IMG/VR virus record: IMGVR_UViG_3300014204_013734
Span: 288,001-352,000 of that record
DNA length: 64,000 nt
DNA from: a virus
Taxonomy: Duplodnaviria > Caudoviricetes
Strand: one strand, 5' to 3'
Numbering within the stretch: position 1 is the stretch's first letter; every line of letters begins with the position of its first letter. Under the pieces are notes generated by a model that saw only the letters and a list, made by a program, of their open reading frames with translations, was not told where the DNA came from and made no database searches. Shown piece by piece: positions 39,274 to 49,025 of this stretch. The translations under genes were made by a program, and so were the position numbers.

Positions 39274-39942
39274 ATGAAGACTACCAAAACCGGTCCTGAA
39301 ATCCCGTCTGGAGCCCCGGACACAAATCCCTTTGGCGGGAAGAACCCTATTGGGCTTTACGTCCCCATGTCCGATGACGAACAGGAAGTCCTGTTTCGGC
39401 TCGTTTCCGAAGAAAACATTGTCCTGATCATCCACGGTTGGGGACGACTTGACCGTCCGCGGGTGCAATTCGGCGACCATCGGGTCAGGATTGACTTCCG
39501 TTTGGATTTCAAGGCTCCAGAAAAGCCTATGGAAGTCCGATTCTTTGACTTGGAGCTCAAGACCCGGATTGAAGACTTTTCCCTTTTCAAGAAACGGATG
39601 GCGGTTTCCGCCAACGGGAATCCGATAATTGTCCAGGCAGGGATGTTCCTTGAAATGTCATGGGATATCGCAATTGACCACATGGAACCGGCCCTCGTCA
39701 AGGCATTGAAGCCAGGGGCATTCGGGTTTACTTCTCGGCGCCTTGACAAGGACACGGGAGCCCGCACCTTAAGGGGAAACATGAAAGTCAGTCCCCAACA
39801 GGATTGGATGCTCCGAATTCTGGAACAAGGGGCTTCCAAAGTTCAAACCGCCGACGCTAAACAGGTGTTTGAAGCTACCAAAGCGTCCGGGGCGGAAATC
39901 AAAGAAGTCAATGGCAAGCTTATCACCCCCGACCTGAATTGA
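39274..39942 (+). CDS. Hypothetical protein
   Basis: 222-aa ORF. Confidence 0.7.
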   Translation: MKTTKTGPEIPSGAPDTNPFGGKNPIGLYVPMSDDEQEVLFRLVSEENIVLIIHGWGRLDRPRVQFGDHRVRIDFRLDFKAPEKPMEVRFFDLELKTRIEDFSLFKKRMAVSANGNPIIVQAGMFLEMSWDIAIDHMEPALVKALKPGAFGFTSRRLDKDTGARTLRGNMKVSPQQDWMLRILEQGASKVQTADAKQVFEATKASGAEIKEVNGKLITPDLN

Positions 39943-39976
39943 ATTTTACAAGACACTTTGTCGGGAGGAAACCGGC

Positions 39977-40396
39977 ATGCTTCTGAATGCAAACATGAAA
40001 CGGAGACGGTTGGCAGCGACAGTTGCCAAAGTGGCGGCTATTTGGGGGGAACGGTTGAACGTTCATGATCCCGAATTCAACCTTCGGGAAATCGCCAAAC
40101 AGCTTGCCCTGTTGGAAGAACACTTGTTTCATCCCGGCAAATTGTGCCCCGATTGCGTCAGGAAGCACCTTTTGACCGTTGAAGCTTTGGCTGACGAAAC
40201 CGTGTCCCTCGTGGAAGATGCTGATTCCGGTCTGCATTTCCGTGAACTTGGACGGGAACTGTCCGAACAAGCCAAACAATGGGTTGAACGGTTCAACAGC
40301 GGTGAACCTGTGGAAGGCATCGGAGAAGAAGTTCGGAAAGCCCGAAAAGGTTTGGTGAAGCAGGTTCCTGACCCAAGGCGGGAAATCCCAGAATGA
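39977..40396 (+). CDS. Hypothetical protein with KVAAIW tag and H/CxxC motif
   Basis: GGAGG RBS; LLEEHL...CPDCVRKH. Confidence 0.7.
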   Translation: MLLNANMKRRRLAATVAKVAAIWGERLNVHDPEFNLREIAKQLALLEEHLFHPGKLCPDCVRKHLLTVEALADETVSLVEDADSGLHFRELGRELSEQAKQWVERFNSGEPVEGIGEEVRKARKGLVKQVPDPRREIPE

Positions 40397-40467
40397 CCAA
40401 ACGTGAACGTAAGGACTAATACATTCAGTCCAGTTCAGCGGCATTTGAAAAACGTGAAGAGGAAACC

Positions 40468-40734
40468 ATGACATCTTTGAAAAAGGGCTGCAAACAGCTT
40501 TTAAGCCGCATTGATACGGAATTGGCTGAAATTCAATTCACAAAAGACAACCTTGACGAATACGTAGAAATAGACGTGGATTATTTCAAGGAAATTTGTG
40601 ACCCGTTGGATGATTTTGAAGTAAAGGCCGTCACTACCTATTTGCGCACAGAAAAGCTGAAAACCCTTGACCAAGCGAAGGACCGTTTTGAGTCCCTTAG
40701 GGACGTGATTACGGACGCTTTGGCTGAGGACTGA
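40468..40734 (+). CDS. Hypothetical protein
   Basis: GAGGA RBS. Confidence 0.6.
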   Translation: MTSLKKGCKQLLSRIDTELAEIQFTKDNLDEYVEIDVDYFKEICDPLDDFEVKAVTTYLRTEKLKTLDQAKDRFESLRDVITDALAED

Positions 40735-40738
40735 AAAG

Positions 40739-41329
40739 ATGTCCGAACATTCAGGACGGTTAGAAGTCGTGGTTGGCCCTATGTTCAGCGGGAAAACGGA
40801 AACGTTGATCCACCGCTTGAAACGAGCCGCTTTGGCAAACCATCCTCTTTTAACGTTCAAGCCTTCCTTTGACAATCGGTGGAACGCCCCTGAAGAAATC
40901 AGAACGCATTCCAGGGAAAGCTTCCCTGCTACCCCGGTCCCAGCAGATAACCCTGAATCCATCCTGGGGTTGTTGAAGGACGGTATTGCCGTTATTGGCA
41001 TTGACGAAGTTCAATTCTTTTCCCCAGGCATCGTCGGGGTTTGTGACAAACTTGTCAAGGATGGTTTCCGGGTAATCGTTTCGGGTTTGGATATGGACTA
41101 TGCCGGGTGTCCGTTTGGATCGGTTCCCGAATTGATGGCAACCGCCGAAAAAGTTGACAAGCTCACGGCGGTTTGTACGATTTGCGGGGAACCTGCTACC
41201 AGGACACAACGGTTGGTCGTGTCCACGAATCTGATAGACATCGGGGCGGACGACAAGTACACCGCCCGATGCCGAAAACACTGGAACATACCGGAGGAAC
41301 CTGATGTCCGACGAAAAGAAACCTCTTGA
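40739..41329 (+). CDS. tdk: Thymidine kinase
   Basis: GPMFSGKT, DEVQFF, GLDMD and CTICG...ARCR motifs. Confidence 0.93.
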   Translation: MSEHSGRLEVVVGPMFSGKTETLIHRLKRAALANHPLLTFKPSFDNRWNAPEEIRTHSRESFPATPVPADNPESILGLLKDGIAVIGIDEVQFFSPGIVGVCDKLVKDGFRVIVSGLDMDYAGCPFGSVPELMATAEKVDKLTAVCTICGEPATRTQRLVVSTNLIDIGADDKYTARCRKHWNIPEEPDVRRKETS

Positions 41330-42242
41330 ACTTTGCTACATCTGCACTCCTTATCGGGGCGCCGACGAACTTGAAATAGAACAAAACATCCTTGATGCCA
41401 GGAAGCTGGCCATCAAAACGGTCAAGGAAACCGGCTGGTTTCCCATTAGCCCGGTTCTGAACACCGCTTTCTTTCACCACTACGAAGGAAACGTCCTACC
41501 GACCGGAATGATTGAATTCTGGCTTGAAGGCACCTTTGCGCTTTTGGAACACTGCAATTGCCTCGTTGTGTCTGATGACATGCGGTGGACCCGGTCAACA
41601 GGATGTTTGAACGAACTGAAACGGGCCATTGCTTTAGCCCGTGAAGGCAAGATGAAGATTCGGGTCGGATCCGACATGATTGCTGACCTGAACGCCTTTG
41701 AAAAGGCGGTAGACGAAAAACGGGAAGGATCCCCGTTCAACAAAAGGACAGCTCCCGCATCTGGCGCCGTCCTTCGGGAAATCCCGTCCAAACCATGGGC
41801 CCAAGACGAATCGTGGTTGGACCAATTAGCTATAGAAATTGCTGTCAAGGCACATGCCGGGCAAATTGACAAGTGCGGGCAACCTTACATCTTCCATCCC
41901 ATAGCCGTTGCTGCAACGTTCAGGACTACTCTGGAACGTGTTGTGGCCATCTTGCATGACGTAGTGGAAGACACGGATGTCACCCAAGCCATGATTACCC
42001 ATACGTTTCCTGCCCTTGTTTCCGATGCTGTGGACGCAATCACGCACCGGAAAGGGGAACCCCATGAGGATTACCTGAAGCGGTGCGTGGCCAACCCGAC
42101 CGCCAAGGCTGTCAAGTTGGCTGATGTTATCCACAATATGGGTCGTTTGCCTGAATTGGCGGATGAAACAGAAAGAGAACGACTTAGGGAAAAATACCGG
42201 AAATCCTTGAGTTTTCTTGCCGGTGCCAGCGTGGTAGAGTAA
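41304..42242 (+). CDS. Fusion: DUF4406/deoxyribosyltransferase-like domain plus SpoT/Mesh1-type HD hydrolase
   Basis: N-terminal YICTPY...STGCLNE; C-terminal AHAGQxDKxGxPYxxHP, LHDVVEDT and VKLAD. Confidence 0.8.
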   Translation: MSDEKKPLELCYICTPYRGADELEIEQNILDARKLAIKTVKETGWFPISPVLNTAFFHHYEGNVLPTGMIEFWLEGTFALLEHCNCLVVSDDMRWTRSTGCLNELKRAIALAREGKMKIRVGSDMIADLNAFEKAVDEKREGSPFNKRTAPASGAVLREIPSKPWAQDESWLDQLAIEIAVKAHAGQIDKCGQPYIFHPIAVAATFRTTLERVVAILHDVVEDTDVTQAMITHTFPALVSDAVDAITHRKGEPHEDYLKRCVANPTAKAVKLADVIHNMGRLPELADETERERLREKYRKSLSFLAGASVVE

Positions 42243-42883
42243 TGAAGCGTGGCAAATTTATTGTCCTTGAAGGGATAGACGGTTCCGGGAAGACTTCCCA
42301 AATGAAGTTGCTTGTTGGCCGTCTGAAAGCTACAGGGCGGCAAGTCGTAAGCACGGCAGAACCTTCAACGGGTCCGATTGGGGCGTTACTTCGGTTAGCT
42401 TTGTCCAAGCGAATCGTCCGACCGAACAAAGTCAGTGGTTCCGTACCCTTGACTTCCGATACGTTAGCTTTGTTGTTCACGGCCGACCGGATGGACCATT
42501 TGGCATCATTCATTGATCCTGCCCTTGCCGAAGGGAAGGATGTAGTCTGTGACAGGTATGCTTTGGGCACGTTGGCTTACCAATCATGGTCTGATGAGGA
42601 CCAGGGATGGATCAAGGGACTCAACTTACGTGCCCAGCACCCAGACATGACCATCTTTCTATCGCTTCCCGTGGAAATGGCCTTGAAGAGAATATCCGGA
42701 CGGGGAAATCTGGATATATTTGAAAATCAGGAAGTTTTGGAACGGGTCGTCTTGAACTTCCGAACCGCCCTATCCGATGCTATGGCGGACGGGCAGGAAA
42801 TAGCGGTCGTGAATGGAACCGATCCTGTGGAAACGGTTGCTGACAACGTTTGGTGGAATGTTGAGAGGATTCTCCAACCATGA
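42242..42883 (+). CDS. tmk: Thymidylate kinase
   Basis: EGIDGSGKT, LLFTADR and CDRY...AYQ motifs. Confidence 0.93.
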   Translation: MKRGKFIVLEGIDGSGKTSQMKLLVGRLKATGRQVVSTAEPSTGPIGALLRLALSKRIVRPNKVSGSVPLTSDTLALLFTADRMDHLASFIDPALAEGKDVVCDRYALGTLAYQSWSDEDQGWIKGLNLRAQHPDMTIFLSLPVEMALKRISGRGNLDIFENQEVLERVVLNFRTALSDAMADGQEIAVVNGTDPVETVADNVWWNVERILQP

Positions 42884-44082
42884 AAGTTGAAACCGTTTTT
42901 GCGCCCGTCGGCGATGACCCCCCGAAGGCAACCCTTCTTTATGGGGCTGATGTCAGGGATACCTTAAAAACGATCCCTGACAAGTCCGTACAGGTTATTT
43001 GTACTTCGCCCCCTTACTGGGGTCTCCGTGATTACGGGGTTCAGCCAACGATCTGGGGTGGGGACGAAAAATGTGACCACGATTGGGAAGAAACGTTTTG
43101 CCGTAAGTGTGGTGCTTGGATGGGAACCTTGGGTCAGGAACCACATCCCAAGGACTTTGCCGCCCATGTCGTGGAAATCATGGAAGAAGCCCGCCGAGTC
43201 CTTCGAGATGATGGCACACTTTGGCTTAACCTTGGTGATACCTATGCGGCGAACAAATCCTGTCAAGTTCCTTCTACCAAATGGGGGGCTGCGGCCCCGC
43301 AACTTGCCGGAAAAATGTCCGTTCCAGAAGGATTCAAACCAAAGGATCTTGTCGGTGTTCCTTGGAGGGTTGCCTTTGCCCTTCAGGACAAGGGTTGGTG
43401 GTTAAGATCTGATATCATTTGGTCAAAACCAAATGGGCTCCCGGAATCGGTCACGGATCGTCCGACTAAAGCCCACGAATACGTTTTTCTGTTCACAAAA
43501 AAACCGCATTATTTTTACGATCCGGAAGCCATTCGGGAACGCCAAAACGATTCATCCGGGCACAGCCGTCGATCAGTTTGGCCTGTTTTAACACAACCTT
43601 TTGAAGGGGCACACTTCGCTACATGGCCACCCGACCTCGTTCGTTTGATGGTGAAGGCCGGGTCAAGTGAAAAAGGATGCTGCCCGACATGCGGGGCTCC
43701 GTGGAAACGGGTTGTAAGGAGAGGTGAAGAACCTGAATTCCGGTATTTGAATACCAAGGCAGAACGTGACGCAAACCAAGTGCCCAACCAACCTGTTAAA
43801 AAGAGACTGCCACAAAAAATCAAGACACGAAACACCTTGGGATGGGAACCTACTTGCAACTGCCCAGCAGCAGATCCTGTCCGTTGTGCCGTTATGGACA
43901 TCTTTTCAGGGTCTGGAACCACCGGGATGGTAGCACTTCAAGAAAACCGAAATTACATAGGGATTGACCTAAACGAACAGTACTTGGAAATGGCGAAGGC
44001 ACGAATCACAGGGGAACGTGCACCTTCTAAATCTTCTGACCAAAGCAACGGTGTTCTGGACCTGTTTTCGGAAAAACCATGA
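42880..44082 (+). CDS. Beta-class amino (N4C/N6A) DNA methyltransferase, intact
   Basis: TSPPYW, IIWSKPN, HFATWP and DIFSGSGTT motifs. Confidence 0.92.
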   Translation: MKVETVFAPVGDDPPKATLLYGADVRDTLKTIPDKSVQVICTSPPYWGLRDYGVQPTIWGGDEKCDHDWEETFCRKCGAWMGTLGQEPHPKDFAAHVVEIMEEARRVLRDDGTLWLNLGDTYAANKSCQVPSTKWGAAAPQLAGKMSVPEGFKPKDLVGVPWRVAFALQDKGWWLRSDIIWSKPNGLPESVTDRPTKAHEYVFLFTKKPHYFYDPEAIRERQNDSSGHSRRSVWPVLTQPFEGAHFATWPPDLVRLMVKAGSSEKGCCPTCGAPWKRVVRRGEEPEFRYLNTKAERDANQVPNQPVKKRLPQKIKTRNTLGWEPTCNCPAADPVRCAVMDIFSGSGTTGMVALQENRNYIGIDLNEQYLEMAKARITGERAPSKSSDQSNGVLDLFSEKP

Positions 44083-45146
44083 CCCCCAAAGTGGTTTCCC
44101 TCTTCAGCGGGGCCGGGGGCATGGACCTTGGGTTCATCCAAGCAGGGTTCAATATCGTTTGGGCTATTGATCAAGACAAAACAGCCTGTGCTACCTACCG
44201 AAACAACATCGGACCTCACATTGTTCAAGGGGACATCCGGGACATTGACGCTTCAACCATCCCCGATTGCGACTTAATCATTGGAGGGCCTCCTTGCCAA
44301 GGATTCAGTCCTTCAGGAAAGATGGACCCCAAAGACCCCCGATCACGCCTATTGTGGGAATTCTTCCGAATTGTAACCGCTAAGCACCCCCGTTGGTTCG
44401 TGATGGAAAATGTCCCGAATCTCGGCAAGAGCCCGAAATTCAGCATCTTATTGGATAACCTGCTTTCTGCTTTTCAGGAAGCAGGTTGGAACACCCGCTT
44501 TCAAATCCTGAATGCTTCCCAGCACGGAGTCCCACAAGCCAGGGAACGATTCTTTTTGATCGGTACTTTGGATGATCCGGGGAAGATTTCTTTCCCCGAA
44601 CCGGAAAACAGCTTCATTTCTGTTCGGGAAGCCCTTCGGGGATTGCCCCCACCCGGCCAAGGCATCAACCAACCTGTTGATCCGGCAGTCATCAAAGTGG
44701 CTAAAAACCCCCAAATAGAAAAAACTCCTTATATGGGGTTGATTTTCAATGGTAGGTGTGGCCGCCCCCTTGATCCTGACCGTCCTTCCGGAACCGTATT
44801 GGCGGAAGGCCAAGTTCCTATTGTGGATCAAAAATTGATTGACGACCCGACGGCTGAAAGTTGGATCGTCAAGCTTCATGCCTCCTTGTCCGTTGGTAAA
44901 GGTATCCCTGGGGAAATCCCTTCGGAAATCAGACGCGTGACTTTTCGGGAATTGGCCAGGCTTCAGGGATTTCCCGACAATTTCAAATTTTCCGGCCCTA
45001 GGACCGAACAACAAAGGCAAATCGGTAATTCAGTTCCCCCACCGTTGGCCAAGAAAATTGCGGAAAGCATATTGGCAGGTATGTCAGGGCCTGCCAAAAC
45101 CCATAAAAAAGGTTTGTTTGGAGTCCTTTCCGAAGAGAATCCATAA
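44079..45146 (+). CDS. C5-cytosine DNA methyltransferase
   Basis: LFSGAGG, GGPPCQGFS, ENV, PQARER and QIGNSV motifs. Confidence 0.93.
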   Translation: MTPKVVSLFSGAGGMDLGFIQAGFNIVWAIDQDKTACATYRNNIGPHIVQGDIRDIDASTIPDCDLIIGGPPCQGFSPSGKMDPKDPRSRLLWEFFRIVTAKHPRWFVMENVPNLGKSPKFSILLDNLLSAFQEAGWNTRFQILNASQHGVPQARERFFLIGTLDDPGKISFPEPENSFISVREALRGLPPPGQGINQPVDPAVIKVAKNPQIEKTPYMGLIFNGRCGRPLDPDRPSGTVLAEGQVPIVDQKLIDDPTAESWIVKLHASLSVGKGIPGEIPSEIRRVTFRELARLQGFPDNFKFSGPRTEQQRQIGNSVPPPLAKKIAESILAGMSGPAKTHKKGLFGVLSEENP

Positions 45147-45592
45147 CAAAAACAAATTCTTACAAAAACCCCCTGAAACCACGGGTTTTCCGACCTTTTT
45201 GTTTGGGCTTGTTTTCATGCAATGCACATCCAAAAAGGGGATTTGGGGTGAGTTAGGGATAACGGCCGGAAGATGGGGAAAGGCACTTTTCCGCATGTTT
45301 TTTGGGTAAAACAGAAGTTCTCTGCGGAGTAGTTGTAGGGTATAGGGAAAATCCGTATGCAGGGAAAATCTCTAAACTTGGCTAGGCTGATTTCCGGGCT
45401 GTTTTTGGCCTTTTGGGGAGGAAATCTGTCAAACTTTGACGACCAACGTGTTGAAAGGATTTAGGTTTTTTCAAACCCCCGTTAAACCCTGGGGTTTCTT
45501 TAGGGTTTAGTTAAAAGTGGGGTTTTAGGGTAGAGTTTGGGGTAGAGTTTGGGGGATTGGTTCCAAAAAATTTCCACAAAGAGAGGTAAAAC
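45147..45592 (+). other. Long G/T-skewed intergenic region with several hairpins and a GGGTAGAGTTTG tandem (candidate ncRNA or origin)
   Basis: No convincing ORF; stems such as TTCTCTGC/GCAGGGAA and GGGAAAG/CTTTTCC rely on G-U pairs on the + strand. Confidence 0.4.
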
Positions 45593-46756
45593 ATGATTAT
45601 CGTCAGACCCCCCAACGGTGTTCCCCCAACGACTTTTTCTAGTTCCCTCTTTCTGGCCGGTCCTTCCCCGAGAACGGCAGGTGTTCCGGATTGGCGCCAG
45701 GAAGCCCTCACTATCTTGGCGGAATTGGGGTGGGATGGGGTTGTGTTCGTTCCGTTGCCGGAGACCATCACGGATACTGTAAATTACGACAACCAAGTGG
45801 AATGGGAACAAAAGATGATGGGGATGTCCGATATGATCGTCTTTTGGATTCCTCGTGACCTTGAAAAACTGCCTGGATTCACGACGAATGTGGAATTTGG
45901 GATGTGGATGAAATCCGGCAAAGTTGTCTTGGGGTTCCCTCCAAAAGCACCCAAAATGCGTTACTTGGAAACATTGGGGGGATGGGAAGGAATGCCGGTT
46001 TTCAATACTTTGGCAGATACCTTGTTTAACGCTGTCTATTCCGTTGGGTTAGGGGCGGAACGGATAGGCGGTGAACGGGAAGTGCCTTTGCAGATTTGGA
46101 ACCTGCCTGCATTCCAAGGATGGTTGACGGCACAGAAAAAGGCCGGAAATAGACTTGACGGGGCGAAAACCATCATGACTTTTCGTCCTAACAAGAAACG
46201 TTTGTTTTTGTTCGCCTTACATGTTGATGTGTTCGTGGAATCTGAAAACAGGAGCAAAAACAATGAGATTGTGATTTTCAGGCCAGACATTTCTACCATC
46301 GTTGCCTGGTCCAAACCCGTGTCTGGAATGTCCGTTTTGGATATCAAAGTTGTGATCGTCAAGGAATTCAGGTCGCCGGCATCCGTAGGGGATTGTTTCA
46401 TTCGGGAAGTCCCAGGAGGTTCGTCAATCAAAACCGGGGAAGAACCGACAGTTGTAGCGGCGCATGAATTGGAAGAGGAAACCGGTTTGGCCATTGATGC
46501 GAACAGACTCGTCCCCATAGGGTCTAGGCAGGTAGCTGGGACTTTGGCAGCCCATCGGGCGCATGCTTATGCCGTGGAACTGGACTCCGGGGAAATGGAT
46601 GCGTTGGCGGCGGACATGTCAGTTCATGGTGTAGAAGAAGACACGGAACGTACCTTCGTTGAAGTTAGGACGGTACGGGAACTTCTCCAGGAACCTTTGA
46701 CTGATTGGGCCAACTTGGGGATGATTTTCGCCGCAGTTCGTGGTTTCGCGCATTGA
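45593..46756 (+). CDS. Fusion: nucleoside 2-deoxyribosyltransferase-like domain plus Nudix hydrolase
   Basis: LFLAGP...WR...QVEWE...TTNVEFG; Nudix box GG-x-E...AAHELEEETGL. Confidence 0.85.
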   Translation: MIIVRPPNGVPPTTFSSSLFLAGPSPRTAGVPDWRQEALTILAELGWDGVVFVPLPETITDTVNYDNQVEWEQKMMGMSDMIVFWIPRDLEKLPGFTTNVEFGMWMKSGKVVLGFPPKAPKMRYLETLGGWEGMPVFNTLADTLFNAVYSVGLGAERIGGEREVPLQIWNLPAFQGWLTAQKKAGNRLDGAKTIMTFRPNKKRLFLFALHVDVFVESENRSKNNEIVIFRPDISTIVAWSKPVSGMSVLDIKVVIVKEFRSPASVGDCFIREVPGGSSIKTGEEPTVVAAHELEEETGLAIDANRLVPIGSRQVAGTLAAHRAHAYAVELDSGEMDALAADMSVHGVEEDTERTFVEVRTVRELLQEPLTDWANLGMIFAAVRGFAH

Positions 46757-46769
46757 AAGAAAAAGAAAC

Positions 46770-46797
46770 CGGCTTGGAATGAAGAGGTTATGGGTAG
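46770..46797 (+). promoter_or_regulatory. Bipartite motif CGGCTTGGAA-N12-GGGTAG
   Basis: One of six copies. Confidence 0.8.
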
Positions 46798-46837
46798 TCC
46801 TTTTGTGGATAGGATGTTTTTACGAAAGGACTACCAC

Positions 46838-47047
46838 ATGACGGATTGTATGGGCACGGCTGAAAAAATTGAAAAACAATCCCTTCCGACGGATTTTCCT
46901 TCGTCTTCTCAGGAGGATTGGGAACTGGGACTTCGGTCCCTGATTGAAGTAGGGGATGGTTGGAAGCTTCCGGGGTGGTTCAGTCACCGGCTTCCACATT
47001 TAATGGACGCTGGGATCGTGAGGATCCTTCGGGATAAACTGGCATAA
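46838..47047 (+). CDS. Hypothetical protein
   Basis: AAGGA RBS, downstream of the motif. Confidence 0.5.
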   Translation: MTDCMGTAEKIEKQSLPTDFPSSSQEDWELGLRSLIEVGDGWKLPGWFSHRLPHLMDAGIVRILRDKLA

Positions 47048-47493
47048 TGAACACCCGCCAACGTCTAGACGATTGGGACTGGCGTGCCCTCAAGGACAAA
47101 ATCCGAGGGGGAGAACCAGAAGGCACTTCAGGGTTTGAACGTCGTTTGCGCCGGATCAAGGAACGAGAAGGTCCGAGTGAAATGGACAAGGTCCGTTGGG
47201 TACACGCATATGCTGCGGAACTTGCCCAACACCTTGGCGTCCCGTTAGTTCTGCTACCTGTGGTCTTACCTCATATCCCTGAAAACGTAAGTTTTCCGAT
47301 CCTTGCCGTGGACAAAACGTTATGCCGGGGTTGCTGGGGAAACCCAATCAAATTCCGGCTGCTTTCTGGCCCCGGACCGGATGATGTCTTGTTTGAGACC
47401 GAAAAGATGACCAAACACTTGTCAGTTCCAGAAAAAGTTCCGTTTGATCAGGCAACCATCATTGCCATGAGACAGGCCCTTAAACATGAATAA
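47047..47493 (+). CDS. Hypothetical protein
   Basis: TAATG-coupled ORF. Confidence 0.55.
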   Translation: MNTRQRLDDWDWRALKDKIRGGEPEGTSGFERRLRRIKEREGPSEMDKVRWVHAYAAELAQHLGVPLVLLPVVLPHIPENVSFPILAVDKTLCRGCWGNPIKFRLLSGPGPDDVLFETEKMTKHLSVPEKVPFDQATIIAMRQALKHE

Positions 47494-48388
47494 GCCAGGA
47501 TTCTTGACTACCCTTGCCATTGGAGACGCCTTCGGGGCGTGTTTTGAAGGTCTTCCTGCCAGGAACGACGATGCCGCCCCCATCAAATTGGAAGGGTATC
47601 CCAAGAACCCCCGATGGAAAACCCTTGGGGGCGGTCGGTACACAGACGATGCACAAATGAGTTTGGGGTTGGCCGAATTCCTGATTGCGACCCCCGACTT
47701 AAAGACGGCGACCCCTGTCTCCCTTGCCAACTACTTTGTCAAAGCTTATCAGCGGGACCCCAGGGGCGGGTACATGCCCGGTTTCAGGAGTTTGTTGGAA
47801 TCCTGTGCTGACGGTTCCGATTTTCTTGCTCGTATCCGTCCCCACAGTGACAAATCCGGCGCCGCCATGAGGGCGGGTGTCTGTGGGTTCTTTTCGGACC
47901 GGAACGATGTGGTTGACCTTGCCATGTGGCAAGCATCCCTAACCCATGCAACATTGCCGGGGATGGTTTCCGCGGCTGTGTCGGCTCTCATGGTCTGGTA
48001 TTGTCGGGAAGGGGTGGACCCGGTTGATATTCCTGCGGAAATTGACGGTATGTTCCCTGGTTTCGGGTTGAATGAACCTTGGGAAGGGTTTGTCCCAAAC
48101 TTGGGTATCCCGGTCGTCAGAGCAGCCCTGACCGCTTTATGTGCCGGAACACAATCGGACATTTTATCCGCCGCCGTGGGGTTCGGTGGGGATGTGGACA
48201 CGGTTGCCGCCGTTGTCATGGGCCCTGCCGCCATGCACCCGGACATCGTTTCTGATCTCCCCGCCGCCCTGATTGACGGGTTGGAAAACGGGCCTTTTGG
48301 GCTGGATTTCCTCAAGGCTTTGGACGAAAAGTTGTTGGCCCGGTTCGGCATTGGCCATGATGACTTGGTTGTCGGATCTCAGCAATGA
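47486..48388 (+). CDS. ADP-ribosylglycohydrolase (DraG/ARH family)
   Basis: AIGDAFG, YTDD, GAAMR, LTH and GGDVDT motifs. Confidence 0.9.
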   Translation: MNKPGFLTTLAIGDAFGACFEGLPARNDDAAPIKLEGYPKNPRWKTLGGGRYTDDAQMSLGLAEFLIATPDLKTATPVSLANYFVKAYQRDPRGGYMPGFRSLLESCADGSDFLARIRPHSDKSGAAMRAGVCGFFSDRNDVVDLAMWQASLTHATLPGMVSAAVSALMVWYCREGVDPVDIPAEIDGMFPGFGLNEPWEGFVPNLGIPVVRAALTALCAGTQSDILSAAVGFGGDVDTVAAVVMGPAAMHPDIVSDLPAALIDGLENGPFGLDFLKALDEKLLARFGIGHDDLVVGSQQ

Positions 48389-48397
48389 CAGACCGCT

Positions 48398-48670
48398 ATG
48401 TTTACGCCCTTGGTAGGGGATGCTTGGAAGGGGGTCACGCTCCAAAAAGTGTTTACCTCAAAAAAGGAAGCTGCTCGCGAACTTAGGGACCGACTTAGCT
48501 TAAGCTGGTCAAGAAATCGCATTGTTCTTCCTAACCCTATCGGTTGTCGTGTGATACGGATGAAAATTTCCCGGCACTATTCCATCCCTGGAATGAACAA
48601 GGCCATAACGTCTGGAAACAACTTGCTTTCACACGAAGAATTTTCTCGGTTCCGCGGAAAGGTGTTGTAA
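48398..48670 (+). CDS. Hypothetical basic protein
   Basis: 90-aa ORF filling the gap before the next motif copy. Confidence 0.4.
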   Translation: MFTPLVGDAWKGVTLQKVFTSKKEAARELRDRLSLSWSRNRIVLPNPIGCRVIRMKISRHYSIPGMNKAITSGNNLLSHEEFSRFRGKVL

Positions 48671-48671
48671 G

Positions 48672-48699
48672 CGGCTTGGAAACCGTTTCGTTCCGGTAG
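48672..48699 (+). promoter_or_regulatory. Bipartite motif CGGCTTGGAA-N12-CGGTAG
   Basis: One of six copies. Confidence 0.8.
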
Positions 48700-48724
48700 T
48701 CAGGGGGTGAAAGGAAGGTGTACC

Positions 48725-48931
48725 ATGCGCAATGACACTATCACGATCCAGACGAAAAATCCGAACGACCCTGACGGGACGGTTTGTGCCCTGGTCGTGG
48801 ACAGCGACCAGGAAGCCATCCAGCGGTGGTGTCTCACCGGCAAGGATGCCATGATCCTGATGCAGGCCCTCATGGCGTGTTTGTCGGGAACGGCACCGAC
48901 CGTCAACGAAGTTGAAGTGACCGTCTTTTAA
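48725..48931 (+). CDS. Hypothetical protein
   Basis: AAGGAAGG RBS, downstream of the motif. Confidence 0.55.
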   Translation: MRNDTITIQTKNPNDPDGTVCALVVDSDQEAIQRWCLTGKDAMILMQALMACLSGTAPTVNEVEVTVF

Positions 48932-49025
48932 GGCGCATGCCTGGGCAGTCCAGTACCTTTCTCAGTTGAATTCCTGATCGTTTTCGTTGATTGCTTTATA
49001 GCCCTCCCGATGGTGGAGGTGCTAA

